A stretch of DNA of 64,000 bases from Thermoanaerobaculia bacterium (GCA_963816185.1 CAWFJJ010000028.1:320001-384000), one strand, 5' to 3'; shown: positions 49,446-58,783, numbered from the stretch's first letter. The notes: a model not told the origin generated them from the letters alone. Program-made: numbers and translations.

Positions 49446-50414
49446 TCAGAAGGCGGGCAGAGGCTGCCGCGCTTCCATCAAGAGCTGCCTGGTCCCGTCG
49501 GACCGGGCCGTGTCGCGCTCCATCTGGATGGAAGCGAGGCGAGAACGCCATGGGGTGAGGTCGAACGTTTCGTCCTTCGGCGAGGCGAGGCAGGCGTCGA
49601 TCAGGTCCCGGTAGAAGCGGACCATGCGCTCGACGAGAGGCACGGGGTATTCGCGCCCTTGTACTTTCAGGCACGCGACATCGAGATCGATCAGGTGCGG
49701 GATGTCTTCCAGAAGAAAGAATGCATCGTTCTTCAGCGCCACGCTGCTTTCCCACTTCTCGTCGCCGGAATAGAGGTCCCAGGACTCCAGGCAGACGCGG
49801 TAATCGAGACCGCCGCGGTTCGGACTTCCCTTGAACAGGTCCTTCCCGAAGGCGTCCGTCGTGCGCTCGAGACGGTGATAGGGAGACATCCAGCATTTCC
49901 CGAGGTACGTGTAGCACTTGTTCGCGTGGATCAGGATCTCGATCCCGACGTCGATGCGCTCTTTCCGGGAGGCCAGCTCCCTGAGGGTCAGCTTCGTGTC
50001 GGCGACCACCTGCGAGACGCCGATCGACCGGTAGAACCTCACGTCCTCGTCGTTGAGGATATTGGCCCCGATCGAGGCGTGGATCGTGAGATGCGGAAAT
50101 CTCCGGTGGACCTCGGCGATCGCACCGATGTCGGTCATGATCGCCCCGTCCACTCCCCAGGATACGAATCGCTCCATCTTTGCCAGCATGGGGGCGATCT
50201 CGTGAGACTGCATGTTCGTGTTGAAGGCCACGCGCAGCTTGGCGCCGCCCGCGTGGGCGATTTCGATCGCGGTGCGGACGTCCTCGTCGGACATCTCGTA
50301 TTTGTCGCGCCTCCGGCTCCAGCCGCGAGGACCGACGTAGATGGCGTTCGCACCGTTCGCGGCCGCCCCTCGGACCATCGGAAGATTCCCTGCCGGCGCC
50401 AGAAGTTCGACCAT
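49446..50414 (-). CDS. Peptidase U32-family Fe-S protein (UbiU/TrhP-like; third Cys replaced by Asp)
   Basis: ELLAPAGNL, NAIYVG, HASIGA, HANKCYTYLGKCWMS, NRGGLDYRVC, LKVQGR. Confidence 0.88.
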   Translation of the reverse strand: MVELLAPAGNLPMVRGAAANGANAIYVGPRGWSRRRDKYEMSDEDVRTAIEIAHAGGAKLRVAFNTNMQSHEIAPMLAKMERFVSWGVDGAIMTDIGAIAEVHRRFPHLTIHASIGANILNDEDVRFYRSIGVSQVVADTKLTLRELASRKERIDVGIEILIHANKCYTYLGKCWMSPYHRLERTTDAFGKDLFKGSPNRGGLDYRVCLESWDLYSGDEKWESSVALKNDAFFLLEDIPHLIDLDVACLKVQGREYPVPLVERMVRFYRDLIDACLASPKDETFDLTPWRSRLASIQMERDTARSDGTRQLLMEARQPLPAF

Positions 50415-50434
50415 GATCTTCCTCCTCGAGCTGC

Positions 50435-51388
50435 CTATGATTCCGCGCGCGAGATCGTCGGAAGGGACCCGAGCGCTTCCGGCCGAAGCCCCTGGTACTC
50501 CATTCCGCTCTTGCCGAAGTAGAAGCCGTTGCAGAGACCGACGTGCGCGTGACGCCGAAGCGTTTCCCACCACGTCTCGTTTACGTCGCCGTCGCCTGCG
50601 ATCGCCCCTTCCAGAGCCGCGCGATACACGGCCGCGACCTCACGCCGGTAATCGGGAGTCTCCGAGACGGTTTCGATCCGGAAGTGCCGGTGGCCCCCGG
50701 CGATCAGACGCGGCAGATGGTCGAGCATGCACACGTCCTTGCCGCTCAGAATTCCCTTTCCCAGCGACTTCATCGCCCAGTCTCCCTGCTTCAGGAACAG
50801 CTCTTTCTGGCAGAGGTCGGGGCACTTAATTCCCCACTTCTCCTCGTAATCCAGCAGGAAGCAATAATCCGAGACGCCTAGCGGCATCTTGCCGTGGACG
50901 AGAAGCTCCAGGGGCGCGGAACAGGCTGCCGTGATCTCGTGGATCTCGTCCAGGCTCAGCTCGTAATTCGGTGTGAACCTCACGGCCCCGAAGCCGCGGA
51001 GGACCTCGGCGCCAGCCGCGGTGTAGACGTTCGCGAAGCCCCCGACGTGGACGGGGAGCTCCGGAAACTCCTCGTGTGCGATCCTCAGGATCCCGAGGTT
51101 GTGGACCTCGACCGCTTCGGCGCCCGCTGCCGCCGACGCTTCCAGCATCTTTCTCACCTTCGGCAGGAAATCGTTCCGCGGCGCCGCGTACGTCGCCGCA
51201 TAGGCCTTCTTTCCCTGGTCGCGAAGGATGTGGAGCCCTTCCTTGAGGTCTCCGAGCTGCTCCAGGAAGTTCGATTCGTAGAGCCGGCAGTAGATGTCGC
51301 CGAGGTAAACCGCGTCGTAGCCGGTCAGGTTCGAGGCTCGGAGGTCTCGCAGGTTCGCGATCGTCGTGTTCAGCTCGAAGCCGGTCAT
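50435..51388 (-). CDS. Peptidase U32-family Fe-S protein (UbiV-like Cys pattern)
   Basis: AVYLGDIYCRLY, NVYT, ELSLDEI, HGKMPLGVSDYC, KCPDLC, CNGFYFGKSG. Confidence 0.85.
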   Translation of the reverse strand: MTGFELNTTIANLRDLRASNLTGYDAVYLGDIYCRLYESNFLEQLGDLKEGLHILRDQGKKAYAATYAAPRNDFLPKVRKMLEASAAAGAEAVEVHNLGILRIAHEEFPELPVHVGGFANVYTAAGAEVLRGFGAVRFTPNYELSLDEIHEITAACSAPLELLVHGKMPLGVSDYCFLLDYEEKWGIKCPDLCQKELFLKQGDWAMKSLGKGILSGKDVCMLDHLPRLIAGGHRHFRIETVSETPDYRREVAAVYRAALEGAIAGDGDVNETWWETLRRHAHVGLCNGFYFGKSGMEYQGLRPEALGSLPTISRAES

Positions 51389-51438
51389 GAGCGGTCAGTC
51401 TCCCGTCGCATTTCGCGCCTCGCCATTCGTCCTCTCCC

Positions 51439-52389
51439 TCATCGTCCGACGACGGCCCACGCCGTCGGCAAGGAGGCCGGTGGCGGCTCGAACGGGTCCG
51501 TCATCGCCCGAGCGTCGAGCGCCTTACGGTAGCGGCGCACGAGCGGCGCCAGCAGCTCCACCGGAAGGCTTCGGCCTTGCAGCTTCAGGACATCGGCTCC
51601 CGCCTCGGCATAGGCGCCGACATCCGCGATCCGGCTGATCTGCCGGCTCGGAAAAAGGCGCGTGTCGACATGACGACCGGCGGCGAAGAGCTCCCACGGT
51701 TGCTGGCAGATTCTGAAGCAGGCCCCGACGCCCCCTCGCTTCACGCTGCCGGTCTGCCGCAAACCCTGATGAGCACCCTCCGGCGCCTCGCCCGCGAAGT
51801 CCCTCGACGAGCCTGCGGCCCGGAAGGGCGACGGCTTCAAATGCACGTAGCTCGGCATCCAGCATTTTCCGAGCAGGACGAACTCCTCGACCATGTGGAC
51901 CATGATCTCCACGGAGATTCCCCCGACCGTTCTGATCTCGCGCACCTCGGCGGGGCTCACCGTCCCCGGCAGGACGACGGCGTGGGCGCCCAGGTCCCGG
52001 AAGAGAGCGACGTCGGCGACGGTCTGGGCGCCGCAGCCGATGCTGGCGGTCAGCCGCAACCTCTCGAAGCGTCGCTTGAGGTCCGCGAGGATTCCGACGT
52101 CGTTCACGATGACATCCCGAATCCCGAGCTCCAGGAGGGCGGCGACATGCTCGAAGAGTCGTGCACGTTCCGCGGGCTTCGGAATCGTGTTGAGGGCGAC
52201 CTGGAGACCCCGGCCGGCCGAGGTCACCTCGTCCCACGCGGCCTCGAGCTCGTCCCAGCGCAGCTCTCTCCGCGCCCCGCCGCGGCTCCAGCCCTCGAGG
52301 CCCACATACACGGCGTCTGCCCCCGCGCCGAGAGCGGCCCGGACGGCCTCGAGACTTCCGGCCGGCACGAGGAGGAGAGGCACTGCCAT
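51439..52389 (-). CDS. Peptidase U32-family Fe-S protein (UbiU/TrhP-like; first Cys replaced by Glu)
   Basis: LLVPAGSLEAV..GADAVYVG, ASIGCG, HMVEEFVLLGKCWM, GACFRICQQPW, LKLQGR. Confidence 0.85.
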   Translation of the reverse strand: MAVPLLLVPAGSLEAVRAALGAGADAVYVGLEGWSRGGARRELRWDELEAAWDEVTSAGRGLQVALNTIPKPAERARLFEHVAALLELGIRDVIVNDVGILADLKRRFERLRLTASIGCGAQTVADVALFRDLGAHAVVLPGTVSPAEVREIRTVGGISVEIMVHMVEEFVLLGKCWMPSYVHLKPSPFRAAGSSRDFAGEAPEGAHQGLRQTGSVKRGGVGACFRICQQPWELFAAGRHVDTRLFPSRQISRIADVGAYAEAGADVLKLQGRSLPVELLAPLVRRYRKALDARAMTDPFEPPPASLPTAWAVVGR

Positions 52390-52510
52390 CACCCCGGCCA
52401 AAATACTACGTGCCGTCGACTATTCATCGCGTCGAGTGATTTTAGGCTGCGATTCCGGCCGCGAGTCAAGATGTTTCTCTCGATTCGCTCGTACCCTGTA
52501 ATCTCCGGCG

Positions 52511-53035
52511 ATGGCAGCGCGCCACGGTCTCACGGAAACGTACCGCACGATGGCGAATCTGCGGCGGTTTTTCGAGTCGGTCCGGAGGACGATCACGGCC
52601 GAGCCGACGACCGGGGGCCTCACGCCCGCCCAGCAGTTCGCCCTCCTGACGCTCGCGGGCAGCCCGTCGGACGCCCCCCTGACGATCGGCGACCTGGCGC
52701 GCGAGACGTTTGCCACGATGAACACGACCTCCGCCCTCGTGAGGAGGATGGAGCGCACCGGCCTCGTCCGCACGACGCGCTCCCCGAGGGATCGCCGCTT
52801 CGTCTACGTCAAGCTGACGGCATCCGGCGAACGCCGCCTTCGTCCATCCACGGCCGCCGTTGCAAAGGCCCTGCGCGCTGCGGCCGACGAGCAGGGAAGA
52901 GCCCAGCTCCGCACCGCGTTCGAGACGTGGTTCGACAACTGGGGCGCCGTCATCAAGGCGCTGTCGTCCTCTCCCCGCAGGCGTGGGCGCCGAACGCGCC
53001 GGCAAGTCGCCGGGAGATGGCGGGCTCGCCCTTAA
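52511..53035 (+). CDS. MarR family transcriptional regulator
   Basis: GLTPAQQFAL, TIGDLA, LVRRMERTGLV, DRRFVYVKLTASG; divergent from the U32 genes. Confidence 0.85.
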   Translation: MAARHGLTETYRTMANLRRFFESVRRTITAEPTTGGLTPAQQFALLTLAGSPSDAPLTIGDLARETFATMNTTSALVRRMERTGLVRTTRSPRDRRFVYVKLTASGERRLRPSTAAVAKALRAAADEQGRAQLRTAFETWFDNWGAVIKALSSSPRRRGRRTRRQVAGRWRARP

Positions 53036-53040
53036 GGCTC

Positions 53041-53346
53041 CTACTTCCTCTTGTCGCTCACCTGGGTCAGCAGCGAGTCGCTGACGTGCGTGACGAGGCC
53101 GTGGAAGACGACCTTGACCTTGCGGAAGCCCGGGTCGGTGAGGATCTTCTCGAGCGCCGCGAGGCTCTCGAGGTCGACCTGGACGAGCCGCTGCGGGGAG
53201 GATCCGCCCAGCATGCTCTTGTAGGTGCGGACGGCCTTGACGCCTTTGAACTTCAACCAGATGTTCTTGCCGGGGCCCTTGGTGTACCTCTCGTACTCCC
53301 TGAGCTTCCCGGGCAGGACGTCGAACCTGTACTCGAACGTGACCAT
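53041..53346 (-). CDS. Hypothetical small protein, possible dimeric alpha+beta barrel (NIPSNAP/EthD-like)
   Basis: AAGGAGG SD; YRFDVLPGKLREY..GVKAVRTY..VDLESLAALEKIL. Confidence 0.6.
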   Translation of the reverse strand: MVTFEYRFDVLPGKLREYERYTKGPGKNIWLKFKGVKAVRTYKSMLGGSSPQRLVQVDLESLAALEKILTDPGFRKVKVVFHGLVTHVSDSLLTQVSDKRK

Positions 53347-53365
53347 GGAACTGCCTCCTTGATTC

Positions 53366-54142
53366 CTATCTTCCCGTCCAGACGGCCGCTCTCTTGCCGA
53401 GGAACGCCGAGATCCCTTCCTGTGCATCGGACGTCATGGAGCTCATCGACATGATCTCCTTGGTGTACGCGTACGCTTTCGGCTGATCGAGGTCGATCTG
53501 CGAGTAGAAAGCCTGTTTCCCGATGGCGAGCGTGACGGGGCTCGCCTCCGCAATGTGCGCCGCGAGCTTGCGAGTCTCCTCACGGAGCGCGCCTGAAGGC
53601 ACGACGCCGTTGACGAGCCCCCAGTCAGCGGCCGTCGTCGCGTCGATCGGGTCCCCGGTCAAAAGCATCCGGAGGGCGCGCTTGCGACCGACCGCACGGG
53701 TCAACGCGACCATCGGAGTCGCGCAGAAGAGGCCGATCTTGACTCCCGGCGTGGCGAACCAGGCCTCCTCGGCGGCGACCGCGAGGTCACAGGTCGCCAC
53801 GAGCTGGCATCCCGCCGCGGTGGCGACGCCCTGAACCTCGGCGATGACGGGCTGCGGAATCGACTGGATCTTCATCATCAGCTCGGCACAGACGTCGAAG
53901 ATCTGGCGGTAATCGTTGATGTTCCTCCCGACCAGCTCGCTGAGATCGTGTCCCGAGCTGAAGACCTTCCCGGCCGCGGCGAGAATGACGGCGCGGAGCT
54001 GCCGGTCCTCTCCGATGCGTCCGAGGCAGTCCAGCAGCTCCCGCATGAGCGCCAGCGAAAGGGCGTTGCGCCTCGCGGGTCGGTTCAGCGTCACGACCGC
54101 GACGGCCCCATCCGTCTCGAAGCAAAGGCTTTCGTATCCCAT
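53366..54142 (-). CDS. Enoyl-CoA hydratase/isomerase (crotonase, ECHDC3-like)
   Basis: TLNRPARRNALS, FSSGHDL, ATAAGCQLVATCDL, TPGVKIGLFC, DAQEGISAFLGKR. Confidence 0.88.
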   Translation of the reverse strand: MGYESLCFETDGAVAVVTLNRPARRNALSLALMRELLDCLGRIGEDRQLRAVILAAAGKVFSSGHDLSELVGRNINDYRQIFDVCAELMMKIQSIPQPVIAEVQGVATAAGCQLVATCDLAVAAEEAWFATPGVKIGLFCATPMVALTRAVGRKRALRMLLTGDPIDATTAADWGLVNGVVPSGALREETRKLAAHIAEASPVTLAIGKQAFYSQIDLDQPKAYAYTKEIMSMSSMTSDAQEGISAFLGKRAAVWTGR

Positions 54143-54170
54143 CTGAAGTCTCCTTTGCCGGCCGCTCTCT

Positions 54171-54503
54171 CTAGTGCCCGCAATATTGCGGGAAGTACTC
54201 GTCGTCCCCGATGAACTCGGGGAACTGGACGCGCACTTCGCCCAGGGGATGGAAGTCGGCGTCGAACTCCAGGGCGACCACACGCTGGTCCTGGCCGTCG
54301 TAGTACCGGAAGACATAGCGCCCGTCAGGCAGAGCCAGAGCATCGATCGCGCGGCTGTCGTCGAAGTTGAGAGCCATGCTTACCAGCAGGTCGGGGACCG
54401 AATAGACGACGCCCTTGATCGTCAGGGTCTGTTCGCCGCTCCCGAGGGGGCCGTAGCGGCTCTCCATCAGCGCCGGGCCTTTCAACCCAGCCACGGCGCT
54501 CAC
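54171..54503 (-). CDS. Hypothetical acidic protein, paralog of 18014..18346
   Basis: RYGPLGSG..IKGVVY..IDA..GR..RYYDG..VVALE..EVRV..EFIGD; overlaps the upstream stop. Confidence 0.75.
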   Translation of the reverse strand: MSAVAGLKGPALMESRYGPLGSGEQTLTIKGVVYSVPDLLVSMALNFDDSRAIDALALPDGRYVFRYYDGQDQRVVALEFDADFHPLGEVRVQFPEFIGDDEYFPQYCGH

Positions 54504-54718
54504 GCTTCCTTCGGAGCCGCCGCGGGCCGCTTGAAGATCAGGTGCAGACCGATCGTCCCGTAGGCCACGCCATCTTTGTTCGGAGCGATGAGCGGGGCAG
54601 CCGAGACGAGCTCCCAGCCTTCGGAGCCGGCGCCGTTAATCCAGGTGTCCAGGCCGCTCACCATGCCACCTTCTCCGTCGCTGAAGATGACCATTCGATC
54701 GAAGTACTCCCACTGCAT
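54500..54718 (-). CDS. DUF4177-like small protein
   Basis: MQWEY..INGAGSEGWELVS..LIFKRP. Confidence 0.7.
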   Translation of the reverse strand: MQWEYFDRMVIFSDGEGGMVSGLDTWINGAGSEGWELVSAAPLIAPNKDGVAYGTIGLHLIFKRPAAAPKEA

Positions 54719-54776
54719 GATCGCTCCCGTTACGCACCTCAGCCTAGCACAGGGCCACGGGAGAACCGGCGTCTCG

Positions 54777-55514
54777 TCAGGCTTTTGCGAGGTGGTCGCC
54801 GAGCCAGGCGCTGAGGGTCTCGCAGGCCGAGCGGTTGAACCGCAGCTCGCTGTGGTTGAACCAGCGCGGGAGGTAACGGATCAGGCCGCTCTCGTGCTGG
54901 ACGTCGGGGCGGATATTCTCGGAGACGAGGCGCTTTTCGGAGGCGGGGAGCTCGGCCTGCAGGCCCGCGGCGCCGTCGAGAAGCGCCTGGATGTCGCGCT
55001 CCGAGTAGAGGAGGAGACAGGGGCGGCCATGCGACGGGACGGGGCCGAGCTTTTCGAGGAGCTCGAGGACGTATCCCGAGTAAGGCTCGCGGAGCCCGGG
55101 GCTCGGGAGGTTCTCGAACATCCATTTGCCCTGCGGGGACATTTGCATCATGACGGACGGCGACATCGCCACCATGACGTCCGCCGACGACATGAGCGCG
55201 AGCCTCCCCCCGAGGCTGTGGCCGATCACCGCCGTCTTGCCGAAACGCCGGACGAACGCGACGGCGGCCTCGAGCTCATCGCGCATCGCCGGGCCGATCG
55301 GCGCCATGTTCTCGCCGTGCCCGCAGAGGTCGACCGCGAGAACGGCGATCCCTTTCTCGGCCACGGCCGTGGCGATCCCGAGCATCTGCTCCTTCGACGA
55401 GCCGTAGCCGGGGCACGCCACGGCACCGCCGCGCGGCGAGGCCGGGACGAAAAGAAAGCCGGGGATGACATGGCCGTCCGGCGCCCTCAAGTCGTTCACC
55501 CTCCGAAATTCCAT
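54777..55514 (-). CDS. Alpha/beta hydrolase
   Basis: CPGYGSSKE, VDLCGHGE, GHSLGG. Confidence 0.75.
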   Translation of the reverse strand: MEFRRVNDLRAPDGHVIPGFLFVPASPRGGAVACPGYGSSKEQMLGIATAVAEKGIAVLAVDLCGHGENMAPIGPAMRDELEAAVAFVRRFGKTAVIGHSLGGRLALMSSADVMVAMSPSVMMQMSPQGKWMFENLPSPGLREPYSGYVLELLEKLGPVPSHGRPCLLLYSERDIQALLDGAAGLQAELPASEKRLVSENIRPDVQHESGLIRYLPRWFNHSELRFNRSACETLSAWLGDHLAKA

Positions 55515-55515
55515 C

Positions 55516-55962
55516 TCACTGCTCCTTCGCCTTGGCCTCGAGGGCCGCGAGGCGCACGTTGAGCTCTTTTTGCTTCTGCCAGCGGGCCGTCACGTCCTGG
55601 ACGATCGCGGCCACGCCGGCAAGCTCGCCGCTGCCTCCGCGGACGAGGACGACGTTGAACTCGATGGAGATCCGCGAGCCGTCTTTCCGCACGGCCGGAA
55701 CCGCAAGCGGGTCGCGCCCATATTTCGTGACCCCGCTCGCCATGACTTTCTCCCAGCCTTCCCAGTGTCTCTGCCTCTGGCGCTCGGGCACGATCAGGTC
55801 CAGCGACTGTCCGAGCGCCTCTTTTTCCGTGTAGCCGAACACGGTCTCGGCTCCGGAGTTCCAGAGGCGAATCTTCCCCTCGCGGTCGGCGAAGAGGATC
55901 GCCATCGGGCTGTTCTCGACGATTCTCCGGCAAAGCCAGCCGTGGTCAGGGGACTCGGTCAT
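55516..55962 (-). CDS. Stand-alone PAS domain protein
   Basis: AILFADREGKIRLWNSGAETVFGY..ALGQSLDLIVPE, RKDGSRISIEF, coiled-coil tail. Confidence 0.82.
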   Translation of the reverse strand: MTESPDHGWLCRRIVENSPMAILFADREGKIRLWNSGAETVFGYTEKEALGQSLDLIVPERQRQRHWEGWEKVMASGVTKYGRDPLAVPAVRKDGSRISIEFNVVLVRGGSGELAGVAAIVQDVTARWQKQKELNVRLAALEAKAKEQ

Positions 55963-58783
55963 GTGATTCTCCTTCGACGGTCACGCTCGCGACCTGGGCG
56001 GAAGGGTCTGCGGCGCGCGGGCGTGCCGGCGCCGTCGTCGTGTAACGGGCGGCCCGTTCCTTGTGAGGACGCGCCACGCGAATGCGCGCATCGAGGATGC
56101 GGCAGCCGTCGCCGGGAGACCCGACGAAGATCGGGCTGAGCTCGAGCTCCGCGATGTCCGGCGCTTCCTCGACCAGACGGGAGACGCGCAGCAGGACGTC
56201 CTGGATCGCCTCGATGTCGGCGGGCGGGTACCCGCGATAACCCGTGAGCAGGGGATAGCCGCGGGCTTCCCGCACCATGGCGGCGGCGGCGCGGTCTGTC
56301 AGGGGAGTCACGCGCACGGCACGATCCGCGATCGCCTCTACATGAATTCCGCCGAGACCGAACGCGATGAGAGGACCGAAGGAAGGGTCCTCGAACATTC
56401 CGACCGTCACCTCGACGTCTCCCTTGAACATCGGCAGGACGAGCACGCCTTCCTTCGCCTCGAACGTGCCGTCCGCCGTCAGGGAATCGCGAATCACGTC
56501 GAAGGCTCTCCGGGCCGCGACCTCGTCGGGGACGTTCAGATGGACCGCCCTCTTCTCGGTCTTGTGAAAGACCTGGGGGCTGGCCGACTTGACCGCGACC
56601 GGGAACCCTACGCTCCGGGCCATCTTGGCGGTCTCGTCGGCGGTGCGGGCGACCCCACCCGCAGCGACGGGAAGGCGCATGGCTCGAAGGACTGCCCTTG
56701 CTTCCTCCGCCGTGAGCCAACCCGCCCCGCGCTCTTCGATCGCCCGCCGGCACGTTCCGCGCGCGGACGCCGGCTCGATGTCGTCGAAGTCGGGAACGAT
56801 CCCGTGCGGGCCTGCTCGCCACACGGCGTACGTCGCGATCTTGCCGAGCACGCGCGCAGCAGATTCCGGGTACGCATACGTGGGAATGCTCTCGCCGCCG
56901 AGCGCAATCGGCCCGCTGGCATCTTCCTTCGCCACGAGGCAGACCAGAACCGGCTTGCCGGCTCCGCCCGCAGCGCGCGCGCCCGCCGTGCCCCGCCGGA
57001 TCGCCTCCAGCATCGCGGCCGATCCTTCCTCGTCGAGCGGGGTTTGGATCGCGATCACGGAATCCACGTCGCGATCGACGAGGAGCGACTCGAGCGCCTG
57101 AGAGTACTGATCCGCCGAGGCCGAAGCGCCAAGCACGAGCGGATTGCCGATCGCCGCACCGGGCGAGAGAAAGGCCTCGAGCCGCCTTGCCGTCGAGTCG
57201 GAAAAGGGACTGACGGAAAGCCGGGCCGCCTCGCAGGCGCCCTCGCAGAGGATGCCGGGGCCGATTCGGTCCGAGAGGATCGCCACGCGGCGCCCCAGAG
57301 GCAAAGGCTGCCGGTCAAGCGCGGAAGCGAGATCGAACATCTCGTCCAGCGTCTCGGCGCGGATGACTCCAGTCTGGCGGAAGAGCGCATCCACTGCGGC
57401 GTCGTCCGCGACGAGAGCCGCCTCGCCGGATCCGGTCTCCACGCTCGCCGCCCGGCGCCCCGGTTTCACGACCACGATCGGCTTCTCTCGGCTCACGCCC
57501 CGGGCGATTCGCGCGAACCGCCGTGGATTCCCGAACGACTGGAGGTAAAGGAGGATGACGCGCGTCGCTTCGTCGCCTTCCCAGTACTGGAGGAGGTCGT
57601 TGCCGGAGATGTCGGCCTTGTTTCCCACGTTGATGAAAGTCGAGATGCCCACGTGTCGCTGCCGCGCGAGGGACAGCATGGCGAGACCCAGCGCGCCGCT
57701 CTGGGACAGCATCGCGACGCTTCCGCTCGGCGGGAGAATCGGGGATGCCGAAGCGTTGAGCCGGATCGCCGGATCGGCGTTCAGGAGGCCCATGGAGTTG
57801 GGCCCGACCAGGCGCATCCCGTGGCCTCGAGCTTTCTCGAGGAGTTTCTCCTGCAGGGAACGCCCCTCGGCCCCCGCCTCGGCGAATCCCGCGGTGACGA
57901 CGACGAGCGCCCGGACGCCGGCCGCGGCGCAGTCGTCCACCGCATCCAGCACCGCGTCGCGCGGCGCGACCATGATGGCGAGATCCGTCCCTTGCGGGAT
58001 CTCGCGTGCGGAGGGAAAGGCCGGCCATGGCGCGATGGAGGGCAAAGTCGGGCTGGCCGCGTAGACAGGGCCCTGGAAACCTCCCTTGGACAGCGCCTCG
58101 AGGATGCGCAATCCGATGCTCGAGGTCTCGCGGGACGCGCCGACGACCGCGATGGACCGCGGCCGGAAGAAGGGACGAAGCGAGGCGGTCGTGAAGACGC
58201 GGTCCCTCATTTCCGAACGGCTGACGCTGTCCTCGCTCGGAGCGACCGTGAAGTCGATCTCGACGGATTCATCCTCGATCCTGGAGTGGATCGGAAATCC
58301 CGACTGCCGAAACGTCTCCAGCATGAGCTGGTTCCCCAGCAACGTCAGAGCCCAGAAGCGAACGAAGCCGTGCCGCGCCGCAAGGAGGGCCAGCCGCTCG
58401 AGGAGAAGACCTCCGAGGCCCTTCCCTTGAAACTCGTCATCCACCGCGAAGGCGACCTCGGCGCTCGCCTCGTCGCGCGCGACGTAGGAGCCGGTCGCGA
58501 TGATCCGGGACGTGCCCTCCACGACCCGGCTCACGATCAGCGTGAGCTGCACCCGAGGGTTGGACGAATCGCACTGCCGCTTGAGCAGCGACTCTGCCGG
58601 ATCGGCGGCCGAGAAGAAGCGGCGCCGCTTCGACTCGGGCGAGAGCTGATGGAAGAACTCGCGCAGCGCGTCGAGGTCTCCCGGCTCCGAAAGGCGGATG
58701 AACGCGGTGGAGCCGTCGCGCAGAATGAGACGGCCGGATTCCGCGGAGTCCTGATAGGTCGGCGGCAGGAAAAGGGTTCGCAT
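55946..58783 (-). CDS. pat: Protein lysine acetyltransferase Pat (N-terminal GNAT + NDP-forming acyl-CoA synthetase-like domains)
   Basis: LRDGS..IR, LSPESKRRRFF, AEVAFAVDDEFQGKGLG, PRSIAVVGAS, VGPNSMG, SQSGALG, ATP-grasp; lacks the SHT phospho-His. Confidence 0.85.
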   Translation of the reverse strand: MRTLFLPPTYQDSAESGRLILRDGSTAFIRLSEPGDLDALREFFHQLSPESKRRRFFSAADPAESLLKRQCDSSNPRVQLTLIVSRVVEGTSRIIATGSYVARDEASAEVAFAVDDEFQGKGLGGLLLERLALLAARHGFVRFWALTLLGNQLMLETFRQSGFPIHSRIEDESVEIDFTVAPSEDSVSRSEMRDRVFTTASLRPFFRPRSIAVVGASRETSSIGLRILEALSKGGFQGPVYAASPTLPSIAPWPAFPSAREIPQGTDLAIMVAPRDAVLDAVDDCAAAGVRALVVVTAGFAEAGAEGRSLQEKLLEKARGHGMRLVGPNSMGLLNADPAIRLNASASPILPPSGSVAMLSQSGALGLAMLSLARQRHVGISTFINVGNKADISGNDLLQYWEGDEATRVILLYLQSFGNPRRFARIARGVSREKPIVVVKPGRRAASVETGSGEAALVADDAAVDALFRQTGVIRAETLDEMFDLASALDRQPLPLGRRVAILSDRIGPGILCEGACEAARLSVSPFSDSTARRLEAFLSPGAAIGNPLVLGASASADQYSQALESLLVDRDVDSVIAIQTPLDEEGSAAMLEAIRRGTAGARAAGGAGKPVLVCLVAKEDASGPIALGGESIPTYAYPESAARVLGKIATYAVWRAGPHGIVPDFDDIEPASARGTCRRAIEERGAGWLTAEEARAVLRAMRLPVAAGGVARTADETAKMARSVGFPVAVKSASPQVFHKTEKRAVHLNVPDEVAARRAFDVIRDSLTADGTFEAKEGVLVLPMFKGDVEVTVGMFEDPSFGPLIAFGLGGIHVEAIADRAVRVTPLTDRAAAAMVREARGYPLLTGYRGYPPADIEAIQDVLLRVSRLVEEAPDIAELELSPIFVGSPGDGCRILDARIRVARPHKERAARYTTTAPARPRAADPSAQVASVTVEGESHDRVP

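Noticed and set aside
49446-52389. Calling the U32 genes ubiU/ubiV (anaerobic ubiquinone synthesis) or collagenases
   Set aside because: No ubiT/ubiA/ubiD nearby, three genes instead of two, and altered ligands. The protease label for U32 is poorly supported.
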